Assembly (NCBI GenBank): GCA_002418775.1
Contig: DIEU01000058.1
Span: 24,224-88,223, forward strand
Origin: Firmicutes bacterium UBA5766
GTDB taxonomy: Bacteria > Bacillota > Desulfotomaculia > Desulfotomaculales > Nap2-2B
Direction of reading: 5' to 3'
DNA: 64,000 bases
Position numbers and translations under genes: made by a program. Under the pieces are notes generated by a model. The model did no database searches. It was not told where the DNA came from and saw only the letters and a program-made list of their open reading frames with translations. Of this stretch, positions 55,636 to 64,000 are shown piece after piece. How positions within the stretch are numbered: position 1 is the first letter of the stretch; each line of letters opens with the position of its first letter.

Positions 55636-56451
55636 TTGAGTGATGTTTTCAGGCTGGCCTGCTGCCAGATGAAGGTCAAAAGAGAAAAAGAAGAGAACCT
55701 GTCCAAAGCCCGGCTGATGATCGCCGAGTCTGTGGAAAACGGCGCCCAGATGGTAGTTCTGCCGGAAATGTTCAACTGCCCCTACAGGGCGGAACTGTTC
55801 CCCAAATATGCAGAAAGCTACCCGGGCGGCCCATCGTTGGAAATGCTTTCTTTAACCGCCAAAGAAAATCAAGTCTATATTGTCGGCGGTTCCATTCCTG
55901 AACGGGAAAACGGCTGCCTTTACAACACAAGTTTTGTTTTTGATCCCGACGGAAGATTGCTGGGAAGACACAGAAAGGCACACCTTTTTGATGTAGACTT
56001 GCCCGGGGGATTAAAAATCCGGGAGTCCAACACGCTTAACTCCGGAAATCAATCCACCGTAATCCGGACAGAACTGTGCAGCATCGGTGTGGCCATCTGC
56101 TACGATATCCGCTTTCCCGAACTTATCCGCCAGATGGCTTTAAAAGGCGCCCAGGTTGTAATCATACCCGCCACATTTACGCTCACAACAGGCCAGGTTC
56201 ACTGGAAAATTACCTTCCAGGTACGAGCAATCGACAACCAGGTTTTCACAGTCGGCGCTGCCGCCGCACGTGATTATTCCGAACGCTTTATCGGCTATGC
56301 GCATTCCTTGATCTGCGATCCCTGGGGGGAAGTACTGGCCGAAGCCGGAGAAGAAGAAAAAATAATCTACTCGGAAATCAATCTGCAGCGCCTTGAGAAA
56401 GTCCGGCAGGAACTTCCTTTGCTGAGGCGCCTGCGTAAAGACTTGTATTAA
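55636..56451 (+). CDS. Carbon-nitrogen hydrolase family protein (nitrilase/omega-amidase-like)
   Basis: VVLPEMFNCPY (Glu), HRKAHLFD (Lys) and IGVAICYDIRFPE (Cys) form the E-K-C triad. TTG start. Confidence 0.85.
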   Translation: MSDVFRLACCQMKVKREKEENLSKARLMIAESVENGAQMVVLPEMFNCPYRAELFPKYAESYPGGPSLEMLSLTAKENQVYIVGGSIPERENGCLYNTSFVFDPDGRLLGRHRKAHLFDVDLPGGLKIRESNTLNSGNQSTVIRTELCSIGVAICYDIRFPELIRQMALKGAQVVIIPATFTLTTGQVHWKITFQVRAIDNQVFTVGAAAARDYSERFIGYAHSLICDPWGEVLAEAGEEEKIIYSEINLQRLEKVRQELPLLRRLRKDLY

Positions 56452-56486
56452 AATCTAAAAAAGGCCGCATCAAAGGAGGCTATAAA

Positions 56487-57578
56487 ATGCTGACAGTCGG
56501 ATTGGTAGGCCTTCCGGCGGTTGGAAAAACAACTATCTTCAACCTGTTGACCCAGGCCGGAGCACAGACCAGCGATTTCATGTCTGGTAAATTCGAGACA
56601 AATACGGGAGCAGCCAGGGTTCCCGACCCGCGAATTGATTTCTTGACCCAGTTGTGCAAACCCCGCCGGACAGTTTACGCACAAATCATGTGCAGCGATG
56701 TTCCCGGGCTAACCAGCGGGACAACTCAGGGAAAGGGCGGCGGCAACCAGTTCCTTGACGGAATCCGCAATGTTGATCTGCTGATCCAGATCGTCCGTAC
56801 TTTTAATAATCCGGAATTGCCGCATGTTTACGGCAATATTGATCCTTTAAGGGATCTTGAAACGGTTGATCTTGAACTTCTCCTCGCCGATCTTGACATT
56901 GTCGAAAAGCGAATCCAGCGCATTGAGGGAGGCAAAAAGATTACCAAAGAATCTGCGGCGGAACTGCCGCTGTTAAAAAAGTGCCGTTCGGCCATGGAAA
57001 CAGGCGTAACTCCCGCTAAAGCCGGCCTTACCGGGGAAGAACGGGCAATGCTGATGATCCCCAGCTTCTTTACCGAAAAACCCCAGATAGTTGTCGTCAA
57101 CACTGACGAAAACCAATTTAAAGAAAAAAGTTATCCCGGAAAGATAGAACTTGAAGCCCTTGCGGATAGGCGCGGGACAACTGTAATCGAAATCTGCGGA
57201 CAGCTTGAAATGGAGATTGGTATGCTTGACCCCGCCGAGCAGGCAATGTTTCTAAACGATCTTAATATTGAGGAACTTGGGACGGCGCGGCTGTCCAGAG
57301 CCGCATATCAGCAGTTAAACCTCATCTCCTTCTTTACGATTGGCCCCGACGAGGTGAAGGCATGGACAATAAGCCGGGGAACCAATGCCAGGCAGGCTGC
57401 GGGAAAGATACATTCAGATATAGAACGGGGTTTTATCCGGGCTGAAGTGACTAAATACCGTGATTTGTTTGAACTTGGCTCGGTGAACAAGGTAAAGGAA
57501 AAAGGAATGTCAAGGCTGGAAGGGAAAGAATATATAGTCGAAGACGGGGACATAATTAATTTCCGGTTCAATGTATAA
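56487..57578 (+). CDS. ychF: Redox-regulated ATPase YchF (Obg-like)
   Basis: GLVGLPAVGKTTIFNLLT (G1), and the C-terminal TGS-like block FFTIGPDEVKAWTI..GTNARQAAGKIHSDIERGFIRAEV. Confidence 0.9.
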   Translation: MLTVGLVGLPAVGKTTIFNLLTQAGAQTSDFMSGKFETNTGAARVPDPRIDFLTQLCKPRRTVYAQIMCSDVPGLTSGTTQGKGGGNQFLDGIRNVDLLIQIVRTFNNPELPHVYGNIDPLRDLETVDLELLLADLDIVEKRIQRIEGGKKITKESAAELPLLKKCRSAMETGVTPAKAGLTGEERAMLMIPSFFTEKPQIVVVNTDENQFKEKSYPGKIELEALADRRGTTVIEICGQLEMEIGMLDPAEQAMFLNDLNIEELGTARLSRAAYQQLNLISFFTIGPDEVKAWTISRGTNARQAAGKIHSDIERGFIRAEVTKYRDLFELGSVNKVKEKGMSRLEGKEYIVEDGDIINFRFNV

Positions 57579-57583
57579 AATCC

Positions 57584-58150
57584 CTATACAAAATCCTTGA
57601 TGTTAAAGATGGGATCTACTTCGATGCCCATCTTTTCAATTTTTTCCGTCCCTCCCTCGCGGCGATCGACTAAGGTTACCACCTTGACAACTTTACAGCC
57701 AACTTCCCGGACGGTTTCAATCGCTTTAATAATCGACCCCCCGCCGGTGATAACATCGTCAAGAACAACCACACGATCGCCTGCTGTAAGCTGCGGCCCC
57801 TCAATAACCCTTTTTGCACCGTGCTTTTTTACCGCCTCGCGGACGATAAACAACTTGACGTCCATCCCTTCAAGGTAAAGGACCGGCGCCAACGAGCCAA
57901 CTATCGGATCAGCCCCCAGAGTAGGGCCCCCTATAGCCTGAATCTGAATATCTTTGACTTTTTCAAGAATGGCCCTGGCCACCAGGTATGCCCCCTGAGG
58001 ATGCAGGGTCACCTGTTTTCCGTCAAAATAATAAGCGCTTTCCTTCCCGCTGGTAAGAACAAAGCTGCCAAACTTAAAGGACCTTTCCCTGACCAGTTCT
58101 TTTAAAAGTTCCCTCTCTCCCTGCGGATCACCCTTTGCTAAACCAGGCAT
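57584..58150 (-). CDS. pyrE: Orotate phosphoribosyltransferase
   Basis: FKFGSFVLTSGKESAYYFD and the PRPP loop VVVLDDVITGGGS. Confidence 0.8.
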   Translation of the reverse strand: MPGLAKGDPQGERELLKELVRERSFKFGSFVLTSGKESAYYFDGKQVTLHPQGAYLVARAILEKVKDIQIQAIGGPTLGADPIVGSLAPVLYLEGMDVKLFIVREAVKKHGAKRVIEGPQLTAGDRVVVLDDVITGGGSIIKAIETVREVGCKVVKVVTLVDRREGGTEKIEKMGIEVDPIFNIKDFV

Positions 58151-58677
58151 TTCAACACATCCTCGTATATTTTAAGGTCATGCTCACTAAAAAGCACAAA
58201 CCGGATCTCTTTAATCAGATGGTTCTGGCAAAAATCAAAAACTGTGGAAAGCGCTATTCTTGCGGCGCGTTTGATAGGAAAGCCATATGCCCCGGTGCTT
58301 ACCGAAGGAAATGAAATCGTGGAAATACCTTTCTCCCAGGCTAAAGACAGGCTGGTCAGGTAAGAACTCCTCAACAGTTCGTCTTCCCCGCTGTTCCCGC
58401 CTTTCCAGACAGGACCAACCGTATGTATGACATACCTGGCCTTCAGACTTCCCCCAGTGGTAATCACCGCCTCACCTGCAGGCAGCCTTCCCTGCCTGGC
58501 GACTATCTGTTTGCATTCCTCAAGTATTTTTGGACCACCGGCCCTGTGGATTGCCCCGTCAACCCCGCCGCCGCCCATCAAACTTGAATTGGCCGCGTTG
58601 ACAACCGCCTCCGTATCCTGTTGCGTGATGTCGCCTCTGACAAGAACCAGAAGTGTTTTAACAACATAAATTTCCAA
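58138..58677 (-). CDS. Macro-domain protein (O-acetyl-ADP-ribose deacetylase / ADP-ribose-binding, YmdB-like)
   Basis: GDITQQDTEAVVNAANSSLMGGGGVDGAIHRAGG and ISFPSVSTGAYGFP. TTG start. It overlaps pyrE by 13 nt. Confidence 0.85.
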   Translation of the reverse strand: MEIYVVKTLLVLVRGDITQQDTEAVVNAANSSLMGGGGVDGAIHRAGGPKILEECKQIVARQGRLPAGEAVITTGGSLKARYVIHTVGPVWKGGNSGEDELLRSSYLTSLSLAWEKGISTISFPSVSTGAYGFPIKRAARIALSTVFDFCQNHLIKEIRFVLFSEHDLKIYEDVLKCLV

Positions 58678-58828
58678 AAATCAAAAACCTCCTTTAAAAA
58701 TGCAAAGCTTAGCTGCGCTATTCCGCCGGGGTCAGGCTTGACTTATTATGAAAATTGACTTATTAAATAAGCCATTTAACTCCATTAATTTACTATCTAA
58801 AATTTCTAAAGATACTAGGCTACCGTGA

Positions 58829-59857
58829 TCACGGTTCGCTCAGGCGCTCTTTCTTGCAGATGTCCCGGTAAGCGGGAATCCCGTCCGCCGGCCAGGCGGC
58901 GCGGATAGCCCTGCGGACTGCCGTTTCCAGCACCCTGGCCGCAACAGCGCCAATCAGGCTCGTATCTGCGGAGACCTTGCCGGTGGCAAGAGCAAAAGTA
59001 ATATCCCCGTCATATTCCGTATGCGCTGGCTCGATACAGCGGGCAAGGCCTGTATTGGCCATCTGGGCAACTTTACTTGCCTGCTCCTTGGTTAACATGG
59101 CTGAAGTTACAACAGCGGCAAGAGTCGTATTTATACCAACACCCAGGTCTTTAGAATTCCACGAGCAAGATACCCCATTCTTCCAAACAGACATTGTTGA
59201 ATACATTTGTCCCGTTTTTCTGTCCCTCGGCCCAACCATCAGCCTGCCGTTCTCATCAAGGATATCACCCAGGGCATTCACCGCAACAACAGCAGACACT
59301 GTCAATCCGCTTCCCAGGTCTTCCCACCAGGCCCCAAGTCCTGATTTCACACGGTAATCCTTGCTTAGTATTTTACAAACCGTAGCGCCTGTCCCCGCTC
59401 CGACATTGCCCTCTTCAACATACCCGCTTTTTGCATTGCAGCAGGCCTCGTAACCCATAGCCTTATCGGGCCGGACGCGGTAATCACCGATCCCGAGATC
59501 GAACAGGACAGCGGCGGGAACAATAGGCACAGTAAACCCCGCCGCTGTTTTAAAACCTATTTTTCTTTCTTCCAGCCACGCCACTACTCCGCCTGCGGCA
59601 TCCAGACCAAAGGCGCTTCCGCCGGTGAGCAGTAAACCGTGCACCTGATCTACCCGCTGCATGGGTTTAAGCAGTTCTATCTCGCGGCTGCCGGTAGCGG
59701 AACCCCGGACATCCACCCCGCCCACAGCGCCGTCACTTATGATAATGACCGTACAACCCGTAAGGGCATCGCTGTTTGTCGCATGACCTACCTTCACCGA
59801 AGTGTCGGGATCAAAGTTGACAGTATGTTCCACCAGGTCTACACCCTCCTTCTCCAT
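58829..59857 (-). CDS. Peptidase family S58 / P1 (DmpA-like aminopeptidase)
   Basis: GHATNSDALTGCTVII, LLLTGGSAFGLDAA and the GINTTLAAVVT nucleophile region. It starts 5 nt after the leuA stop. Confidence 0.75.
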   Translation of the reverse strand: MEKEGVDLVEHTVNFDPDTSVKVGHATNSDALTGCTVIIISDGAVGGVDVRGSATGSREIELLKPMQRVDQVHGLLLTGGSAFGLDAAGGVVAWLEERKIGFKTAAGFTVPIVPAAVLFDLGIGDYRVRPDKAMGYEACCNAKSGYVEEGNVGAGTGATVCKILSKDYRVKSGLGAWWEDLGSGLTVSAVVAVNALGDILDENGRLMVGPRDRKTGQMYSTMSVWKNGVSCSWNSKDLGVGINTTLAAVVTSAMLTKEQASKVAQMANTGLARCIEPAHTEYDGDITFALATGKVSADTSLIGAVAARVLETAVRRAIRAAWPADGIPAYRDICKKERLSEP

Positions 59858-59862
59858 CCGCC

Positions 59863-61386
59863 CTAAGAACTTGAAACCGGCTGTGCTACGGCTTTAGACA
59901 GCGCATTTACATATGCTTTTGCGCTGGCCTCGATCACGTCGGTGCTGAGCCCATGCCCGACATACAGCCTGGAGTCGTTTGTCTTGATTTTGACTGTCGC
60001 TTCCCCCATGGCGTCTTTACCTTTGGTTATCGACTTTAAAGAATAATCTTCCAGTGTAACCTCACATCCGGCAAGGCGGTCAATAGCGTTGAAAACAGCG
60101 TCAACAGGGCCGTTGCCGCAGGCTGCGTCGGTAATGACATTACCGGCGAGATCCAGTTCAACCGTGGCCATAGCCCTGGAAGGGCCTGCTGTGCTTACCG
60201 AGAATCCTTTTAAAACAATATTCCCGGCGCCGTTCATCCCTTCCTTGTTGCCCATCAAGGCATGGAGATCTTCATCAAAAATTTCCTGCTTCTGGTCTGC
60301 AAGGATTAAAAATTTCTCGTATACCTTATTTAAAGCAGATTCCTCCATCTGGTACCCAAGTTCCTCCAGGCAATGCCGCAAAGCGTGGCGGCCGGACCTT
60401 GCCGTCAGCACAATTTTATTTTGAGAAATACCAATCACCGAAGGGTCAATAATCTCATAGGTTGACCGTTCTTTCAAAACTCCATCCTGGTGGATGCCCG
60501 AGGCGTGCATAAAGGCATTCTCGCCTACAATCGCTTTATGTGCGGGGACCTGGACACCGGTTATTTTTGAAACCAGCCTGCTGGTTTTGGCTATCTCCTT
60601 GTAATTAATAGTGATATTGATCCCAAAACGGGACGGCTGCGTATAAATTGACATGATTACTTCTTCAAGGGCTGTATTACCCGCACGCTCGCCGATTCCA
60701 TTGATCGTTCCCTCTACCTGCGACGCTCCTGCCCTTATTCCGGCCAATGCGTTGGCGGTAGCCATCCCAAGGTCATTATGGCAGTGAACGCTTACAATAA
60801 CTTTATCCATTCCTTCAACGTTGTTCATTAACCAGGCGATCAGTTCCCCATATTCCCAGGGCATCGCGTAACCTACCGTATCGGGTATATTGATAACCGT
60901 AGCTCCCGCGTCAATCACGCCGGAAACAACCCGGGCCAATATTTCCGGTTCGGTGCGAAAGGCGTCTTCGGAGTAATATTCCACATCCTGGACAAATTTT
61001 TTAGCATGCTTTACGGCAGCAACGGCCATCTCTATGCCTTGTTCGGCTGTAACACCCAGCTTAAACTGACGGTGAATCGGAGACAGGGCCAGGCCAGTGT
61101 GTATCCTGGGCTGCTGCGCATCTTTTAACGCTTCCCAGCAGAGATCGATATCTTTGATTACGGCGCGGGTAAGTCCGCAAATTGTAGCGCCCTTAATTTC
61201 CCTGGCTAATCGTTGTACCGCCTTGAAATCTCCCGGTGAGGAAGCGGGAAAACCGGCTTCAATAACGTCGACACCCAGGTCGACAAGCTGCCTTCCTATT
61301 TCGAGCTTCTCCCGGATATTAAGGGTTATCCCCAGGGACTGTTCCCCATCTCTTAGAGTAGTGTCAAAAACATATAATTTACGCAT
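59863..61386 (-). CDS. leuA: 2-isopropylmalate synthase
   Basis: VFDTTLRDGEQ, HCHNDLGMATAN and a C-terminal LeuA dimerisation/regulatory domain. The Leu (CUC) T-box upstream supports LeuA over CimA. Confidence 0.9.
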   Translation of the reverse strand: MRKLYVFDTTLRDGEQSLGITLNIREKLEIGRQLVDLGVDVIEAGFPASSPGDFKAVQRLAREIKGATICGLTRAVIKDIDLCWEALKDAQQPRIHTGLALSPIHRQFKLGVTAEQGIEMAVAAVKHAKKFVQDVEYYSEDAFRTEPEILARVVSGVIDAGATVINIPDTVGYAMPWEYGELIAWLMNNVEGMDKVIVSVHCHNDLGMATANALAGIRAGASQVEGTINGIGERAGNTALEEVIMSIYTQPSRFGINITINYKEIAKTSRLVSKITGVQVPAHKAIVGENAFMHASGIHQDGVLKERSTYEIIDPSVIGISQNKIVLTARSGRHALRHCLEELGYQMEESALNKVYEKFLILADQKQEIFDEDLHALMGNKEGMNGAGNIVLKGFSVSTAGPSRAMATVELDLAGNVITDAACGNGPVDAVFNAIDRLAGCEVTLEDYSLKSITKGKDAMGEATVKIKTNDSRLYVGHGLSTDVIEASAKAYVNALSKAVAQPVSSS

Positions 61387-61424
61387 TGATCCTGCCTCCT
61401 CTCAAAAATACTGAACCCTTTTGA

Positions 61425-61730
61425 TAAAAATAAAAATCCCTTCGTCCCGTTGAGACGAAGGGGATTTCTTCGCGGTACCACTCAACTTAACAGCTAAGAT
61501 CAACAAAACATACCTAGCCGCTCGCTTATTTACAAAGTACGGGAAAAGAACAACTTTTCCGATACTCCCTTTCTTTTAACGGCGAAAGCTCCGTCCGGGT
61601 CTACTCTTACAAATTTCGGCCGGCGTCTCCAGGGGGAGTTCAGCGCCGTGTAAAGACCCCCTTGCACCAGCCGGAGGCTCTCTGCGACTTTACTTAACGG
61701 CGCTTACTATTCCCTATCATCGCGATTTAA
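61425..61730 (-). promoter_or_regulatory. T-box riboswitch leader, leucine specifier (CUC)
   Basis: All on the minus strand. The K-turn region is AUCGCGAUGA. The AG bay and distal loop read GCAGAGAGCCUCCGGCUGGUGCAAG. The stem AGCGCCGU/ACGGCGCU is followed by GAA-CUC-C, with the specifier at 61638-61636. The T-box core is GAGUGGUACCGCG (plus-strand 61471-61482). The terminator is AAATCCCCTTCGTC-TCAACG-GGACGAAGGGATTT followed by TTATTTTTAT. Confidence 0.85.
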
Positions 61731-61748
61731 TTATTACAGTTACTCTAT

Positions 61749-61777
61749 AATTTAACAATTTTCCATTCCTGTGTCAA
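61749..61777 (-). promoter_or_regulatory. Sigma-A-type promoter candidate for the T-box/leuA transcript
   Basis: The minus strand reads TTGACA (61777-61772), a 17-nt spacer, then TAAATT (61754-61749). Confidence 0.45.
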
Positions 61778-61802
61778 GATTCTTTTATCTGTTCAGCAAA
61801 GA

Positions 61803-62783
61803 TTAAGCTAAGATCTTTTTGAATTCAGCAGTAAGAACCGGCACAACATTGAAAAGGTCTCCAACGATACCGAAATCGGCTACTTTGAAAATGTTTGCTT
61901 CCGGATCCTTATTAACCGCAACGATACATTTGGATGAACCCATTCCAGCAAGGTGCTGGATGGCTCCTGAGATACCGCAGGCAATGTAAAGCGTCGGGGA
62001 GACTGTTTTTCCAGTCTGTCCGACCTGCATGCCCTGAGGAACCCAACCAGCATCGACAGCTGCGCGGGAAGCGCCCACAGCAGCGCCGACTACATCGGCT
62101 AAAGCTTCCAGGATGGGGAAGTTCTCCGGGCCCTTCATGCCGCGGCCGCCTGATACAATTACGTCAGCCTCGGTTAGCTCGGGGCGGGAACTTACCTGAA
62201 GTACGATGTCCTTGATAACCTGTCGGATATCTCCGACATTTGCGGAAACAGCCACAACCTCGGCTGCCTTCCCGGCCACGGGGGCGTCAATCGGCAGAAC
62301 ATTGGGACGTATTGTTGCGATAACCGGACGCGCTTCCGGAATGGATACTTTGACGACAGCCTTGCCGGCATAAATGGGACGGGTGAAAACAAGCTGCCCG
62401 TTTTCCACTTCAACGTTAGTGCAGTCGCTTGCTGCGCCGGTTCCTAAACGCTGGGCCAACTGCGCCGCCAAATCACGGCCGCGAATTGAAAATCCTAACA
62501 GGAAGGCGCTGGGCTGCTGTTCCTGCAGGATGGATCCAATTACGTTTGTAAACGCATCGGTAGTATACTTTTCCAAAGCGTCGCTTTCTGCGACAAATAC
62601 TTTATCGGCGCCGTATTCGCCAAGAGCGGCGGCTAACCCGGAAACGCCTTTCCCGGCCATAACCGCGCAAACTTCCTCGCCCAATGCGTTGGCTGCTTTG
62701 CGCGCCGCACTTAACAATTCAAAAGTTACTTTTTTTACTTTTCCGTCTTTAACCTCTGCAAATACAAAAATTCCTTTTGCCAT
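61803..62783 (-). CDS. etfA: Electron transfer flavoprotein alpha subunit
   Basis: The C-terminal FAD-binding block is [11 protein letters not shown]...[12 protein letters not shown]...[29 protein letters not shown]. Confidence 0.9.
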   Translation of the reverse strand: MAKGIFVFAEVKDGKVKKVTFELLSAARKAANALGEEVCAVMAGKGVSGLAAALGEYGADKVFVAESDALEKYTTDAFTNVIGSILQEQQPSAFLLGFSIRGRDLAAQLAQRLGTGAASDCTNVEVENGQLVFTRPIYAGKAVVKVSIPEARPVIATIRPNVLPIDAPVAGKAAEVVAVSANVGDIRQVIKDIVLQVSSRPELTEADVIVSGGRGMKGPENFPILEALADVVGAAVGASRAAVDAGWVPQGMQVGQTGKTVSPTLYIACGISGAIQHLAGMGSSKCIVAVNKDPEANIFKVADFGIVGDLFNVVPVLTAEFKKILA

Positions 62784-62800
62784 CTATTATATAACCCTCC

Positions 62801-63568
62801 TTAGATAACTTTTGCTTCTTCGCGCAAAGCTTTTACCACTGCCGCTGAGGTGTCAGCAGGCTCACCGTCAAATACTTTGCCCGCCGCCCTTGCCGCGGGA
62901 AGGGCAACACTCAGTACCTTTACTTTAGCCGCAACTGCACCGGCATCCAGGCCGATATCGCCTAAGCCCTTCTTCTCCATGGGCTTCTTCTTGGCCTGCA
63001 TAATGCCTTTCATAGAAGGATAACGGGGTTCATTCAGGCCTTTTTGAGCGGTAATAATAGCCGGCAGAGGAAGTTCGATTACTTCAGTGCCGCCTTCTAT
63101 TTCGCAAGTCGCCGTTGCTTTGCCCGCTTCAACATCTATCTTGGAAGCCAACTTGGCAATGGGAATTCCAAGGATTTCCGCCACACGGCCCGCTACCTGA
63201 GCGGAACCGTCGTCAACAGCACGCCAGCCGGCAAGAATAAGGTCGTATTCCATCCCGGAAACAGCCTTCGCCAATACGGTTGCTGCTGTAAATTCATCTA
63301 CATCGTCAGTCCCCGGGTTAATAAGGACAGCCTTGTCTGCGCCCATAGCCAGAGCCTGCCGCAGGGCATCCTGTACTCCATCGTCACCTGTGCTGACTAC
63401 AGTAACTTCTCCGCCTAAACTTTCCTTAATTTTAAGGGCTTCTTCAACAGCAAATTCATCATAGGGGTTGATGATCATGCTGACACCAGAGCGGCTGATT
63501 TTACCGCCTTCTATCGTAATTTTTGCTTCCGTATCAAAAGTTTGTTTCAATAAGACTAAAATCTTCAT
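62801..63568 (-). CDS. etfB: Electron transfer flavoprotein beta subunit
   Basis: MKILVLLKQTFDTEAKI...INPYDEFAVEEALKIKE...VSTGD. RBS GGGAGGA. Confidence 0.9.
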   Translation of the reverse strand: MKILVLLKQTFDTEAKITIEGGKISRSGVSMIINPYDEFAVEEALKIKESLGGEVTVVSTGDDGVQDALRQALAMGADKAVLINPGTDDVDEFTAATVLAKAVSGMEYDLILAGWRAVDDGSAQVAGRVAEILGIPIAKLASKIDVEAGKATATCEIEGGTEVIELPLPAIITAQKGLNEPRYPSMKGIMQAKKKPMEKKGLGDIGLDAGAVAAKVKVLSVALPAARAAGKVFDGEPADTSAAVVKALREEAKVI

Positions 63569-63618
63569 GCTCTTCCTCCCTCTTGAGTTTAGTTCAACCG
63601 GTTAATAAAAACATTAAT

Positions 63619-63687
63619 CTTCTAGCTTCTAGCTTCTAGCTTCTAGCTTCTAGCTTCTAGCTTCTAGCTTCTAGCTTCTAGCTTCTA
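63619..63687. repeat. Perfect heptanucleotide tandem repeat (CTTCTAG), about 9.9 copies
   Basis: Read directly from 63619 to 63687. The unit on the etfB strand is CTAGAAG. The array lies 51-119 nt upstream of the etfB start codon. Confidence 0.97.
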
Positions 63688-64000
63688 AAAATTCTTGTCC
63701 CTGTTGGTAAAAACCTTATCTTTTCCCCTCCCTTGCAGATGCTGTTGGAATTTTTTTACTACCTCGAGCGCTTCATCTATGATTGACCCGATAAGTAATT
63801 TAACCTCCCTTCAGTATCTAATTCAAACTTTACGGAACCATTTTAACAATTACGGCCAGATTTGTACAGAGGAAGTTTTTTTCGGGTTAATAAAGCGATT
63901 TAGTTTTGAATAACAGTAAAGAAATATTTAATAATAAAAATGAAACAATTGCCGCGCAGGACCTTTTCAGCTATAATATAAATAAATCCATTATAAATAA

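Noticed and set aside
58738-58766. An 11-nt direct repeat TTGACTTATTA (58738-58748 and 58755-58765). It also reads as a plus-strand TTGACT-17nt-TATTAA promoter pointing antisense into the S58 peptidase gene.
   Set aside because: I cannot tell whether this is an operator for the minus-strand macro/pyrE genes, an antisense promoter, or chance in AT-rich DNA. No downstream plus-strand feature supports it.
63619-63687. The heptamer array as a CRISPR array.
   Set aside because: The 7-bp units are contiguous with no spacers, and no cas genes are present. It is a microsatellite.
63695-63913. The 72-aa plus-strand ORF at the right end of the window.
   Set aside because: It has no RBS and lies in AT-rich promoter-like DNA upstream of etfB. 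Its sequence is low-complexity (SSASSM, CRCCWNFF) and I recognise no family.

Overview
This 64-kb window looks like chromosomal DNA from an endospore-forming Firmicute, probably a Clostridia or Peptococcaceae-like organism. My hand counts on sample lines give about 50% GC, and most genes lie on the minus strand. The left third carries the conserved sporulation and housekeeping block known from Bacillus: spoIIE (partial), ppx, yabR, divIC, yabQ, yabP, spoIID, yabO, hup, mazG/yabN, spoVT and mfd. It is followed by a purC-like gene and an uninterrupted pro-sigma-K gene. Next come an envelope polysaccharide cluster (priming sugar transferase, DUF1285-like protein, GT4 enzyme, O-antigen-ligase/TPR fusion) and a degenerate RAYT/IS200-like unit flanked by inverted repeats. 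After that are guaB, a D-Ala-D-Ala carboxypeptidase, an MFS transporter, a polysaccharide deacetylase, a nitroreductase, an acyl-CoA ligase and htrA. A tightly packed hepS-like/menG/selA/selB string follows, then speH, a large membrane protein, a second GT4 gene and gltX. The remainder holds addA and addB, an ECF sigma/anti-sigma pair, a C-N hydrolase, ychF, pyrE, a macro-domain protein, an S58 peptidase, leuA behind a Leu T-box, and etfBA. The main finding is that addB and addA, normally adjacent, are separated by 4.3 kb of accessory DNA with two compositional layers. One layer is a very low-GC type II R-M cassette bounded by 7-bp direct repeats. The other, at host-like GC, pairs an ADP-ribosylglycohydrolase gene (frameshifted) with an unassignable 325-aa protein that sits 35 nt upstream of addA. 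I flag that pair as a candidate undescribed toxin/immunity or defence module linked to AddAB. Other items worth a second look are a (CTTCTAG)x10 heptanucleotide array upstream of etfBA and a 47-nt element shared by two distant intergenic regions. An ECF sigma gene also has no canonical start codon for its conserved N-terminus. No rRNA, tRNA or CRISPR array was recognised. All homology statements rest on motif recognition from memory, not on searches.
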